From Pseudoalteromonas translucida KMM 520 (lineage in GTDB: Bacteria > Pseudomonadota > Gammaproteobacteria > Enterobacterales > Alteromonadaceae), in assembly GCF_001465295.1 (NCBI RefSeq), contig NZ_CP011034.1, forward strand, positions 2,700,001 to 2,732,000: 32,000 nt of DNA. Reading direction: 5' to 3'. The translations under genes and the position numbers were made by a program. The notes under the pieces were generated by a model. It did no database searches and was not told where the DNA came from. It saw only the letters and a program-made list of their open reading frames with translations. Within the stretch, counting starts at the first letter, position 1. Each line of letters begins with the position of its first letter. Positions 1 to 9,210 of this stretch are shown piece after piece.

Positions 1-295
1 TTGCCATAGCCGTAGCAATATTTTTAATTTGTCGTAAACCTATGCGAGTAACTGCTTGATGTAAGTTAGATACCTTAACTGAGCGTCCCATAATTGCACT
101 GTTAGCTACTTTAATCATCCGGGCTGTTAGTGCTGGATCATGTGCAATCACATCGGCCATTTGCATCAAGTTTACGTCATTATTATCAGCGGCTTGGCGC
201 ACTTTAATTGCCACTTCAGGTAAAGTAGGCAGTACTAAAGTGTCGTTATTTATTCTATCGATCAAAATTGTTAACAATGCGTTTTCAGTAGACAT
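1..295 (-). CDS. HDOD domain signalling protein (N-terminal part only; the C-terminus lies beyond the window start)
   Basis: Not in the ORF track because it is truncated. Reverse-complement translation from ATG 295-293 gives MSTENALLTILIDRINNDTLVLPTLPEVAIKVRQAADNNDVNLMQMADVIAHDPALTARMIKVANSAIMGRSV...RIGLRQIKNIA. The LPxLP...DPaLtarmlkvaNSa...vG pattern is typical of HDOD domains. Confidence 0.7.
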   Translation of the reverse strand, partial: MSTENALLTILIDRINNDTLVLPTLPEVAIKVRQAADNNDVNLMQMADVIAHDPALTARMIKVANSAIMGRSVKVSNLHQAVTRIGLRQIKNIATAMA

Positions 296-578
296 AACAT
301 CCCTATGATTAGTTATTTATAAGCTAAAACAAGCCTTATATTGTTGTTATTATATGCTTTAGTATTACTTAACTTATAGTTAAAGCTAACAAAACTACAT
401 AAATTTATTTTTTATTTACTACTTAGCATCAGTTAATTACACCTCTAACGCCTAAAACTTGCTATTTACCACGGTGTTTTGCTTTAATGCAGTCACTATA
501 AGGCAGTATTTTTAAGATAGTAAGCGCCTTAGCGAACTGCGTACAAATAATAAATCTTACTTTTAAATAGGCAAAATA

Positions 579-2273
579 ATGAACTTAAATAAAATTAGCC
601 AAGCAATTATGCTCTCCGGCATCGTTTTTCTTAGTGCTTGTTCAGAGCAAGCCCCTTCTTCTAGTAATAAAACGGCTGTTAAAGCAGAGCAAGTAAAGCC
701 TGTAGGTCCAACACTTATAAATACCGATAAACAACGTTTAGACATTTACACTGACTTTAGCTTACAAACTGATTTATCACATTTAAGCGATAACCAAAAA
801 GCCATGGTGGCAAAGCTTATAGATGCTTCCATAATTATGGATGATTTATTTTGGCAGCAAGCATTTGGTGAAAATAAAGAGTTATTTTTAGCAAAACTAG
901 CTGATGACAAAGTGCGTAAATTTGCCGACATAAACTACGGTCCATGGGATCGTTTAAACGGCGATAAAGTGTTTTTATCTAGCTATAAAGAAAAAGCAAC
1001 AGGTGCACAGTTTTACCCTGCAGATATAACCAAAGAAGAGTTAAATAAAGCAGAACTTGCAGATAAAAATGGGCTTTACTCTATTATTAAACGTGATGAG
1101 CAAGGTAACCTTTACAGCGTGCCATACTCTAAAGAGTACGCAACCGAGCTATTAGAGGCTGCTAACTTGCTACGTGAGGCAAGTAAACTAGCAGACGACA
1201 AAGAGTTTGCTAACTACTTAAACCTTCGTGCAGACGCGCTACTAAATGATGACTTTCAAGCGTCTGATTTTGCGTGGATGGATATGAAAAATAACCCAGT
1301 AGATGTGGTTATCGGTCCAATTGAAACTTATGAAGACCAATTATTTGGTTACCGTGCTGCTTATGAGTCTTATGTATTAATTAAAGATTTAGCATGGAGC
1401 GAGCGCCTGGCTAAATTTGCTGCCTTTTTACCTGAGCTACAAAAAGGCTTACCGGTAGATGATAAATACAAACAAGAAGTTCCGGGATCAGACGCCGACC
1501 TAAATGCCTACGACGTTGTTTACTATGCAGGTCACTCAAATGCGGGCAGTAAAACCATTGCTATAAACTTACCAAACGACGAGCAAGTACAGCTTGAAAA
1601 AGGCACGCGCCGTTTACAGCTTAAAAATGCTATGCGCGCTAAGTTTGACAAAATTTTAGTACCAATTGCAGAGCAACTTATTGTACCTGAGCAACGTAAG
1701 CATATTACCTTTGATGCATTCTTTGCTAATACCATGTTCCATGAAGTAGCTCATGGCTTAGGCATTAAAAATACCCTTACTGGTAAGGGAACTGTGCGCC
1801 AATCATTACAAGAACACGCCAGTGCACTTGAGGAAGGTAAAGCCGATATTTTAGGCTTGTACATGATTGAGCAACTACTTAAAAAAGGCGAAATTACTGA
1901 AGGTACACTAGAGGATTACTACACCACCTTTATGGCTGGTATATTCCGCTCAGTACGTTTTGGTGCATCAAGTGCTCACGGTAAAGCAAATATGATCCGC
2001 TTTAACTTTTTTGCTGAAGAAGGTGCTTTTTCTAAAAATGAAGCCGGTTTATACCGTGTAAACATGGAAAAAATGAGCCATGCTATGGCTAAATTATCAC
2101 GCTTAATTTTAACAATTCAAGGTGACGGCGATTATCAAAAAGTAGATCAGCTTATTACTACGCACGGCAATATTAAAGCAGAGCTAGCAGAAGATTTAGA
2201 AAAACTAAGCCAAGCTAATATTCCGGTTGATGTTACCTTTAAACAAGGCAAAGAAGTGTTGGGCCTTAAATAG
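579..2273 (+). CDS. DPP III-like (M49-related) zinc metallopeptidase, predicted lipoprotein
   Basis: N-terminal lipobox (IVFLSAC). Zinc motif FHEVAHGLG followed 30 aa later by LEEGKADILG, which resembles the HExxH / EExxAE pair of DPP III-type enzymes. Full-length 564-aa ORF followed by a strong terminator. Confidence 0.65.
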   Translation: MNLNKISQAIMLSGIVFLSACSEQAPSSSNKTAVKAEQVKPVGPTLINTDKQRLDIYTDFSLQTDLSHLSDNQKAMVAKLIDASIIMDDLFWQQAFGENKELFLAKLADDKVRKFADINYGPWDRLNGDKVFLSSYKEKATGAQFYPADITKEELNKAELADKNGLYSIIKRDEQGNLYSVPYSKEYATELLEAANLLREASKLADDKEFANYLNLRADALLNDDFQASDFAWMDMKNNPVDVVIGPIETYEDQLFGYRAAYESYVLIKDLAWSERLAKFAAFLPELQKGLPVDDKYKQEVPGSDADLNAYDVVYYAGHSNAGSKTIAINLPNDEQVQLEKGTRRLQLKNAMRAKFDKILVPIAEQLIVPEQRKHITFDAFFANTMFHEVAHGLGIKNTLTGKGTVRQSLQEHASALEEGKADILGLYMIEQLLKKGEITEGTLEDYYTTFMAGIFRSVRFGASSAHGKANMIRFNFFAEEGAFSKNEAGLYRVNMEKMSHAMAKLSRLILTIQGDGDYQKVDQLITTHGNIKAELAEDLEKLSQANIPVDVTFKQGKEVLGLK

Positions 2274-2317
2274 TTTAAAGCCTGTTTACTACCTAAAATA
2301 GCCTAGTAAATAAAAAC

Positions 2318-2357
2318 TAAAAAAGCGTTACAGCTCAAAACTGTAACGCTTTTTTAT
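2318..2357. terminator. Bidirectional rho-independent terminator between convergent genes
   Basis: Perfect 11-bp stem AAGCGTTACAG (2323-2333) / CTGTAACGCTT (2341-2351), 7-nt loop, A-run upstream and T-run downstream. Confidence 0.85.
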
Positions 2358-2428
2358 TGAGCTAGAAGTGCTCGGTGTCGTTATTTAACCTAAACGCTAA
2401 TTATTTAGTAATGTTTGTTTAGTAATAA

Positions 2429-2962
2429 TTACTTAGCAGTAATAACGCTGCGCACTACAGGCTCTAAACTACTCATTCCCCAATGCTTTCCCTTTGCTAG
2501 TGCCGATTCAATATCAAGCCCTTCTGCATGAGCAGAAATAGCCATTAAAGCACCTACTCTATTACTACTAGCACAATGTAACAGCACAGGCTCGCCGTTT
2601 AGTTCAGCCATTATTTTAGCCAGCTTTTGTGCGTTTTCAACACTAATATCTTGCGCACCAGCAATTGGCAATGCGTGATACTGCATCCCTAACGAAGCCA
2701 CCAGCTGGGCTTCATCCCAGTCTTGCTCGTTTTCGCCACGTAAATTAATTACGTGCTTCACTCCAGCATTAGCGAGTTGTTTAAGCTGCTCGCTTGTTGG
2801 CTGGGCTGCAGACAAAGTTTGATTTTCGTGAATAACTAAATTACGCACATCGCTAGTTTTAACTGCAGTAACATTAATAGACCGCTCTTTTGCAAACACT
2901 GCGCCTGTAGTTAATAACGCAGTGATAAATAATGCATTGGCAAACAACTTAATATGTCTCAT
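2429..2962 (-). CDS. Exported DUF442/TIGR01244-type phosphatase-like (sulfurtransferase-associated) protein
   Basis: Sec-type signal peptide MRHIKLFANALFITALLTTGAVFA. Cys-loop LLHCASSNRVG resembles the HCxxGxR loop of the DUF442 / beta-lactamase-hydrolase-like phosphatase family. Confidence 0.6.
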   Translation of the reverse strand: MRHIKLFANALFITALLTTGAVFAKERSINVTAVKTSDVRNLVIHENQTLSAAQPTSEQLKQLANAGVKHVINLRGENEQDWDEAQLVASLGMQYHALPIAGAQDISVENAQKLAKIMAELNGEPVLLHCASSNRVGALMAISAHAEGLDIESALAKGKHWGMSSLEPVVRSVITAK

Positions 2963-2989
2963 CTTGGCTCTCTCTATAAGGTTTTATAA

Positions 2990-3391
2990 TTAAAAGTGGG
3001 CTTTTAGTTTTGCTATTTTCTCGTCTTCATATGGCACTGCTGGGTGTTTACCCCATACTGGCGCAGGCCAAGCGGCATCGCTAGTAAAGCGCGCAATATG
3101 ATGAATATGTAATTGCGGCACCATATTACCAAGCGCCGCCACGTTTAATTTATCGGGATTAAATACCCGCATTAATAAATGACTCAATTTTGCCGACTCG
3201 CGCAAATAAGTAACTTGCTCATCCTCGCTTAAGTCAATTATCTCTTTTAAACCGGCTTTTTTTGGCACTAAAATAAACCAGGGGTATTGGCTATCGTTCA
3301 ATAGTAATACTTTACACAACGGCCAATCGGCAAGCTCTATACAATCGCGCTTAAGCTCTGGGGCTAGTTCAAATGTGGGGTGAGTCATCAT
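2990..3391 (-). CDS. HIT family (histidine triad) nucleotide hydrolase/transferase
   Basis: GNMVPQLHIHHIARF histidine-triad region and a size (133 aa) typical of HIT proteins. Sits 27 bp upstream of the DUF442 gene on the same strand. Confidence 0.8.
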   Translation of the reverse strand: MMTHPTFELAPELKRDCIELADWPLCKVLLLNDSQYPWFILVPKKAGLKEIIDLSEDEQVTYLRESAKLSHLLMRVFNPDKLNVAALGNMVPQLHIHHIARFTSDAAWPAPVWGKHPAVPYEDEKIAKLKAHF

Positions 3392-3499
3392 AGTGTCCTA
3401 CTTTGTCTTTAATAATTACCACTTTATAGCATTTAGTTGCAGTTGCACACGCTTGGCTTTACCATTCTAAGCAATATTTATTAAAGCGAAGGCAACCCT

Positions 3500-5725
3500 G
3501 TGCTAAAAAAAATAAAATACCTTTCACTGGCCATCCCTCTGCTAGCAAGTGCTGTTAGCGTACAAGCAAAACCACTCTCGCTAGAGCGTATTTTTGACGA
3601 CCCGAGTTTATCGGGTAAATCTCCAGTGCAATTAAAGTTTTCGCCCGACGGCAATCGCGTTACTTATTTACAAGGCAAAAGTGACGACTATAACCGCTAC
3701 GACTTATGGGAATATAACTTAAAAGATAACACCAACCGTATGCTGGTCGATTCAGCTAAGTTATTCTCAGGCCCAGAGAACCTCTCTGACGAAGAAAAAG
3801 CACGCCGCGAGCGCCAGCGTATTTTTGGCCAAGGTATTCTTGAATACAAGTGGTCTAAAGATGGTAAAGCATTATTATTCCCACTTAACGGCGATCTGTA
3901 TTATTACGAACTAGCAGCAAATAAAAGTAAAAAGCTCACCAATACTGAGGCTTTTGAAACCGATGCTCGCTTTTCGCCCAAAGGTAATTTTGTATCTTTT
4001 ATTCGCGAGCAAAACCTGTACGCTTTAGCGCTCGATTCTGGTAAAGAAATACAATTAAGTAGCGATGGCGGCGGCATTATTAAAAATGGCATGGCCGAAT
4101 TTGTTGCACAAGAAGAAATGAGCCGTATGACCGGCTATTGGTGGGCCGATGACGAGTCTAAAATTGCCTTTACTCGCGTTGACGAAAGCCCAGTAAAAGA
4201 AGCACTACGCAACGAAATTTACGCCGACGAAGTAAAACTATTCAATCAACGTTATCCGTTTACTGGCACTAACAACGTTAAAATACAACTTGGCGTAGTT
4301 ACCTTAAACAATCAACAAGTAGATTGGGTTGATTTAGGCAAAGATGAAGACATTTACCTTGCCCGTGCAAAATGGTTAAAAGATAGCAATACGCTCTCGT
4401 ATCAATGGCAAAACCGCTCACAGCAAACATTAGAGCTGCGCTTTTATAACAGCAAAACTAAAAGCCAAAAAGTAGCGCTCACCGAAAGTAGCGATACCTG
4501 GATAAACTTACACTTTGACCTTGAGTTTTTAAAAGACAAAAAGCATTTTGTGTGGGCGTCTGAGCGTGATGGTTTTAAACATTTATACCTTTATCGCACC
4601 AATGGCCAATTAGTACGTCAAATTACTAACGGCGATTGGACGGTCGAGAGCTTAAAAGGCATTGATGAGAAAAAAGGCCTCGTTTACTTTTCAGGCAGAA
4701 AAGACACCCCACTCGAAAGCCACTTATACAGTGCCTCGTTATTTAAAAAAGGCGATATTAAACGCATTACCGAGCAAGGCCAATATCACGACGTCGTACT
4801 TGCCAAAGACAACAAAACCTTTATTGATAATAGCTCGGCGGTTAATCAGCCAAACGCTGCAGCTCTGCGTAAAATAAATGGCGAGTTTATTACTTGGCTT
4901 GAAGAAAACAAGCTAGATAACACGCACCCGCTTACGCCTTACTTAAGTGATTTAGCGACGCCTGAATACGGCACACTTAAAGCCGAAGACGGCCAGGCAA
5001 TGCATTATAGGTTATTTAAACCAAGCAATATAAGTGATGGTAAAAAGCACCCTGTTATTGTAAACGTGTACGGTGGCCCACATGCACAGCGAGTAACTAA
5101 TAGCTGGCGTAGTAAAAACCTATATTTTCAATATATGGCGCAACAAGGCTATGTGATTTTTCAACTTGATAACCGCGGCTCATACAACCGTGGTAAAAAG
5201 TTTGAAGATGCTATTTATAAAAACTTAGGTGAAGTAGAAGTTGCTGATCAAATTAAAGGCGTGGAATTTTTACGTACGCTTGATTATGTAGACCCACAAC
5301 GTATTGGTATTTACGGCCACAGTTATGGCGGTTACATGGCATTAATGACCATGTTTAAAGCTGGCGATTACTTTAACGCCGGTGTTTCTGGCGCGCCAGT
5401 AACCGACTGGGCACTTTACGACACCCATTATACTGAGCGTTATTTAGGCCACCCAGCCACTAATGCTAAAGGCTATGAAAACAGTGCGGTATTTCCGTAC
5501 ATTGATGGCTTAAAAGGACCATTAATGATTTACCACGGCATGGCCGACGACAATGTGTTGTTTACTCATGCCACTAAATTATTTAAACAATTACAAGATA
5601 CCAATAAACCGTTTGAAATGATGACCTACCCAGGCTCTAAACACAGCCTACGAGGTAAAACAGTGCAAACGCATCTGCACCAAACCATTACTAACTTCTT
5701 TAATCGTCATTTTAATGTTAAATAA
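3500..5725 (+). CDS. Dipeptidyl peptidase IV / prolyl oligopeptidase family S9B, secreted
   Basis: GTG start and signal peptide (LLASAVSVQA). N-terminal beta-propeller-type region (MAEFVAQEEMSRMTGYWWADD). Catalytic motifs GHSYGG (Ser), GMADDNV (Asp), GSKHSL (His). Confidence 0.9.
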   Translation: MLKKIKYLSLAIPLLASAVSVQAKPLSLERIFDDPSLSGKSPVQLKFSPDGNRVTYLQGKSDDYNRYDLWEYNLKDNTNRMLVDSAKLFSGPENLSDEEKARRERQRIFGQGILEYKWSKDGKALLFPLNGDLYYYELAANKSKKLTNTEAFETDARFSPKGNFVSFIREQNLYALALDSGKEIQLSSDGGGIIKNGMAEFVAQEEMSRMTGYWWADDESKIAFTRVDESPVKEALRNEIYADEVKLFNQRYPFTGTNNVKIQLGVVTLNNQQVDWVDLGKDEDIYLARAKWLKDSNTLSYQWQNRSQQTLELRFYNSKTKSQKVALTESSDTWINLHFDLEFLKDKKHFVWASERDGFKHLYLYRTNGQLVRQITNGDWTVESLKGIDEKKGLVYFSGRKDTPLESHLYSASLFKKGDIKRITEQGQYHDVVLAKDNKTFIDNSSAVNQPNAAALRKINGEFITWLEENKLDNTHPLTPYLSDLATPEYGTLKAEDGQAMHYRLFKPSNISDGKKHPVIVNVYGGPHAQRVTNSWRSKNLYFQYMAQQGYVIFQLDNRGSYNRGKKFEDAIYKNLGEVEVADQIKGVEFLRTLDYVDPQRIGIYGHSYGGYMALMTMFKAGDYFNAGVSGAPVTDWALYDTHYTERYLGHPATNAKGYENSAVFPYIDGLKGPLMIYHGMADDNVLFTHATKLFKQLQDTNKPFEMMTYPGSKHSLRGKTVQTHLHQTITNFFNRHFNVK

Positions 5726-5751
5726 CAACTAAATGTTGAATAAATAGACTA

Positions 5752-5780
5752 AAGGCTGATTATAAATCAGCCTTTTTTTT
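5752..5780 (+). terminator. Rho-independent terminator after the DPP IV gene
   Basis: AAGGCTGATT (5752-5761) pairs with AATCAGCCTT (5765-5774), followed by a T8 run. Confidence 0.85.
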
Positions 5781-5826
5781 GCCTTAATAAGTGCTAAGTT
5801 TAGTTATATAAATAAACTTAATAAAA

Positions 5827-5843
5827 GTACAGCAGTGCTGTAC
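5827..5843 (+). promoter_or_regulatory. Perfect palindrome GTACAGCA-G-TGCTGTAC just upstream of the MCP ribosome-binding site (candidate operator or 5' UTR hairpin)
   Basis: 8-bp perfect arms with a 1-nt spacer, 19 nt upstream of ATG 5862 and 5 nt upstream of the AAGGA RBS. Confidence 0.3.
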
Positions 5844-5861
5844 CCATTAAGGAATAAACAT

Positions 5862-7499
5862 ATGCTCAATCTTCGTCGTTTTACTATTTTTCAGCGTTTT
5901 GCACTGTTAGTTGGTATCGTTGTATTGGGACTGGTTATATTAAGTATTTCGAGCTTAAGTAATCAGTATCAAGCGCTTAAAAATGAGCAATATCTTAAAA
6001 CTCAAAACCTAGTAGAAACCGCCTATAGCGTTATTGAACACTTTTATAATCTTGAGCAAAGTAATGCCCTCACCCAACAACAAGCGCAGTCGCAAGCTTT
6101 AGCTACAATTAGTGCTCTTAGGTACGATAACACCAACTATTTTTGGATAAATGACTACCACCCAAAGATGATAATGCATCCATTTAAACCAGACTTAAAT
6201 GGTACAGACTTAACTAATAACAAAGACCCCGATGGCACAGCATTATTTGTAGAAATGGTAAAAGTGACCCAACAAGCAGGCGAAGGGTTTGTACCTTATA
6301 AATGGCCTAAACCAGGTAAAGACAAACCAGTTGATAAAATAGCGTTTGTGAAGGGCTTTAACCAATGGCAATGGGTTATAGGTTCGGGCGTGTACCTCGA
6401 CAGTATTGATGGTGCATTTGCTGAGCAACGTAATTTAATAATTATAAATGCCGTGGTAATGATTATTGCACTGATTTTATTAAGCTACTTTATTGGTAAA
6501 AGTATTATTACCCCAACACGCTTAGCTGCCGACATGATGAAAAATATTTCCCAAGGCGAAGGCGATTTAACCCGCAGCTTAGATGAAGCCGGAAATGACG
6601 AAATATCTGAGCTAGCGCATTCATTTAACGCGTTTATATTGAAAATGCGCGAATCATTAACGCATGTATCGCAAAGCGCACACGATGTTAATCAACATGC
6701 GCATACCGTTGACGAAGCAAGTAAAACAAGCCAATCTTTTATTGAGTTACAAAACGACAGTAGCACACAGGTAGCTGCAGCAATGGAGCAAATGACCCAC
6801 CAAATTCATGATGTGAGTCGCAATGCTGAAGCCGCTGAGCAAGCTGCAAACGATGCAGCGAGTAATGCATCATCAGGTAAAAATGTCGTTGCCAATACTA
6901 TAACGGCAATTGAAACACTCTCCAGTAATATAGAAACTGTGAGCCGAGTTACTACCGATTTAGCCAGCGAAAGTAATAATATAGGATCGGTACTTGAAGT
7001 AATTAGAAGTATTTCTGAGCAAACTAATTTACTTGCCCTTAATGCTGCGATTGAGGCTGCCCGTGCGGGTGAACACGGCCGTGGGTTTGCCGTTGTGGCA
7101 GACGAGGTGCGTACTTTAGCAAGTCGTACTGGTAAAAGTACCGACGAAATTCAAACTATGATCACTAAGCTGCAAAACGGTGCAAAAGCAGCGGTAGAGG
7201 CAGTGAAGTCGAGCCAAGCTCTTTCAGCATCAACGGTTGAGCAGGCATCATCAGCAAACACATCACTAAATGAAATTGAACGCTTAGTTAGTGTGATCAC
7301 CGAAATGAACAGTCAAATAGCGCGTGCTACTGAGCAGCAAACTTTAGCTGCAGATGAAGTGAATTTGCGTATTAACGGCCTAGCTAATTCAACTAAAGAG
7401 TCACTCGATAACACCAAGCAATTAACCGGTGCCAGCGAGCAGTTAAAGCAAAGTAGCTCACAACTTTCAAGTGTAGTAACTCGTTTTAAATTAGATTAA
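5862..7499 (+). CDS. Methyl-accepting chemotaxis protein with periplasmic sCache_2-type sensor and HAMP domain
   Basis: Start moved to ATG 5862 (RBS AAGGA); the track start 5835 is GTG. It has TM1, a Cache-like region ([22 protein letters not shown]...[10 protein letters not shown]...WVIGSGVY), TM2, HAMP and the highly conserved MCP hairpin [38 protein letters not shown]. Confidence 0.9.
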   Translation: MLNLRRFTIFQRFALLVGIVVLGLVILSISSLSNQYQALKNEQYLKTQNLVETAYSVIEHFYNLEQSNALTQQQAQSQALATISALRYDNTNYFWINDYHPKMIMHPFKPDLNGTDLTNNKDPDGTALFVEMVKVTQQAGEGFVPYKWPKPGKDKPVDKIAFVKGFNQWQWVIGSGVYLDSIDGAFAEQRNLIIINAVVMIIALILLSYFIGKSIITPTRLAADMMKNISQGEGDLTRSLDEAGNDEISELAHSFNAFILKMRESLTHVSQSAHDVNQHAHTVDEASKTSQSFIELQNDSSTQVAAAMEQMTHQIHDVSRNAEAAEQAANDAASNASSGKNVVANTITAIETLSSNIETVSRVTTDLASESNNIGSVLEVIRSISEQTNLLALNAAIEAARAGEHGRGFAVVADEVRTLASRTGKSTDEIQTMITKLQNGAKAAVEAVKSSQALSASTVEQASSANTSLNEIERLVSVITEMNSQIARATEQQTLAADEVNLRINGLANSTKESLDNTKQLTGASEQLKQSSSQLSSVVTRFKLD

Positions 7500-7504
7500 A
7501 GATT

Positions 7505-7527
7505 AAAAAGCCCTGTATTTACAGGGC
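7505..7527. terminator. Hairpin terminator between convergent MCP and M17 peptidase genes (a better terminator for the minus strand)
   Basis: GCCCTGT (7510-7516) / ACAGGGC (7521-7527) with a 4-nt loop. The A5 run on the left gives a U-run only for the minus-strand transcript. Confidence 0.6.
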
Positions 7528-7552
7528 ATTGCTAATTAGTACTTTATGGTAA

Positions 7553-9112
7553 TTACAAACAGTAACTAGCAAATAAACTACTTACTGAAGCTGCGGTTGG
7601 CTTACCATGCTGCCAGTCGCCGCCCTCTACTGCGCTACCCGCTATGTCCATATGCACATAAGGTAGTGGCTGAGCTGAATCGTTACCATGCTTGTCTAAG
7701 CCACCAACAATTGCTAAAAACGCCATAGGGAACTGATGTCCTCGTGCCGTAACAGCCGACGCCGCATTATTACTAGAAAGTACATCGTCTGCTAAAGTAC
7801 GCGGCTTGATAAAGTCATAATCTTCACGACGAGCGCGCGATACTTCTGCGCCATCAGCCCATAAGTCGCCGTTATCAGCAAGCTTTCGCGAAATATTAGC
7901 ACTACGTGCTGGGCCATTTTCAACATAAGCGCCATAAGGGCCCATAGCACGGGCTGCATGGCCGGTTAAAGTGGCCACAGTAAATAGCGTTGGGTTAATT
8001 TGGTTTTTAGCTAAATCTTTCATTTCACTTAATAGGTCGCCCATTGCTAAGCGCCCTTCTGCGTCTGTATTACCTATGCGTACTCGCACACCTTCGCGGC
8101 TAGTAATAATTTCATCTGGTACAAAACAATCAGAGCCAATTGAGTTACGCACTACCGCTAAGTAAGCAATTACTTTAACGCCCTTAGGTTGGTAGTCGGC
8201 TACAGCTTTCATAAAGCCAGCCACAGAAGCTGCACCGCCCTTATCGCGGCTCATGCCCGCCATATGGCCGCCCACTTTTAAATCAGCGCCGCCGGTATCG
8301 TATACCAAGCCTTTACCTACAAACATGAGTGTACGAGTTACCTCGCCCTCTGGTACATATTCTAATTTAACTACACGTGGGTGATGATGCTCAACCGCGT
8401 ATGATGCGCGAGCTACTGTACTAAGCATAGGGTAGTTTTTATCTATAACTGCAAGGTCATCAATAACATCAACTGCAACATTGCTGCCTTTAAATAAATC
8501 AACACAGTAATCTGCAAAACGTGGCGGCGCCATGCGCTCAGGCTCAGTACCACATAAATCACGTGCTGCGTATTGCCCAGCAGCAAGTGCGTTAACTGCT
8601 TTAATTGTTTGCTCTGTGGCATCAATCAAACCAATTTGCGTAATTGGCTCAATAGCCTCGCCATGGTATTCGCGCGCTTCTAATGGCTGCCACAATGCTT
8701 GGCAAGTTCCTAAGTAAGCAACTTCTAGTGCATACTGATAACGGCTGTCGGCATTTATATTAGGTAAGTAAATAGCAGGGTTAACACTGCCCGAGGCTTT
8801 AGCTTCATTTATTGCTAATTTTGCAGCATCAAAATAACGGCGTACATCGTCGTAATCTCTATTTAATGGCCCAGTAGGCGCCAGTACTACACGTTTATTG
8901 TTAATAACTAATAAAGTTACTTGCTTACCGATACGTGAATCTACTTTTGCTTGCGCTGCAATAGCATCGCGTAATGGGTTATTAGTTAATTGAAAAAAGT
9001 CATCACTAATTATAATAAGTGCGTCATGCGCGTTGCATTCAAGGCTAGCGCTCACTGGCTGAGCCACTACTGCTTTAGGGTATGCCATAAATAAAGGTCC
9101 TGTTAAAAACAT
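7553..9112 (-). CDS. M17 family leucyl aminopeptidase paralogue
   Basis: M17 signature IGNTDAEGRLAMGD and VGKGLVYDTGGADLK metal/substrate motifs. The start is either ATG 9112 or ATG 9088 (MAYPK...); both have plausible RBSs. Confidence 0.85.
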   Translation of the reverse strand: MFLTGPLFMAYPKAVVAQPVSASLECNAHDALIIISDDFFQLTNNPLRDAIAAQAKVDSRIGKQVTLLVINNKRVVLAPTGPLNRDYDDVRRYFDAAKLAINEAKASGSVNPAIYLPNINADSRYQYALEVAYLGTCQALWQPLEAREYHGEAIEPITQIGLIDATEQTIKAVNALAAGQYAARDLCGTEPERMAPPRFADYCVDLFKGSNVAVDVIDDLAVIDKNYPMLSTVARASYAVEHHHPRVVKLEYVPEGEVTRTLMFVGKGLVYDTGGADLKVGGHMAGMSRDKGGAASVAGFMKAVADYQPKGVKVIAYLAVVRNSIGSDCFVPDEIITSREGVRVRIGNTDAEGRLAMGDLLSEMKDLAKNQINPTLFTVATLTGHAARAMGPYGAYVENGPARSANISRKLADNGDLWADGAEVSRARREDYDFIKPRTLADDVLSSNNAASAVTARGHQFPMAFLAIVGGLDKHGNDSAQPLPYVHMDIAGSAVEGGDWQHGKPTAASVSSLFASYCL

Positions 9113-9210
9113 AAGCCTCTATTATCGTTGATTTGAATATTGAAGACCAGCAAGCTGCGATAAGCTCCCAGCTTAAGTTAACATGCGCTGGCAACTTGTC
9201 ACTACAGGGT

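Noticed and set aside
5835-5861. N-terminal extensions in the ORF track: MCP 5835, dinB 10272, aldehyde dehydrogenase 20540, tyrS 31787, RidA 29676, DHp mini-protein 17061, small membrane ORF 10546.
   Set aside because: These extensions begin at non-ATG codons, lack RBSs or overlap regulatory elements. Internal ATGs with good RBSs and homologue N-termini fit better.
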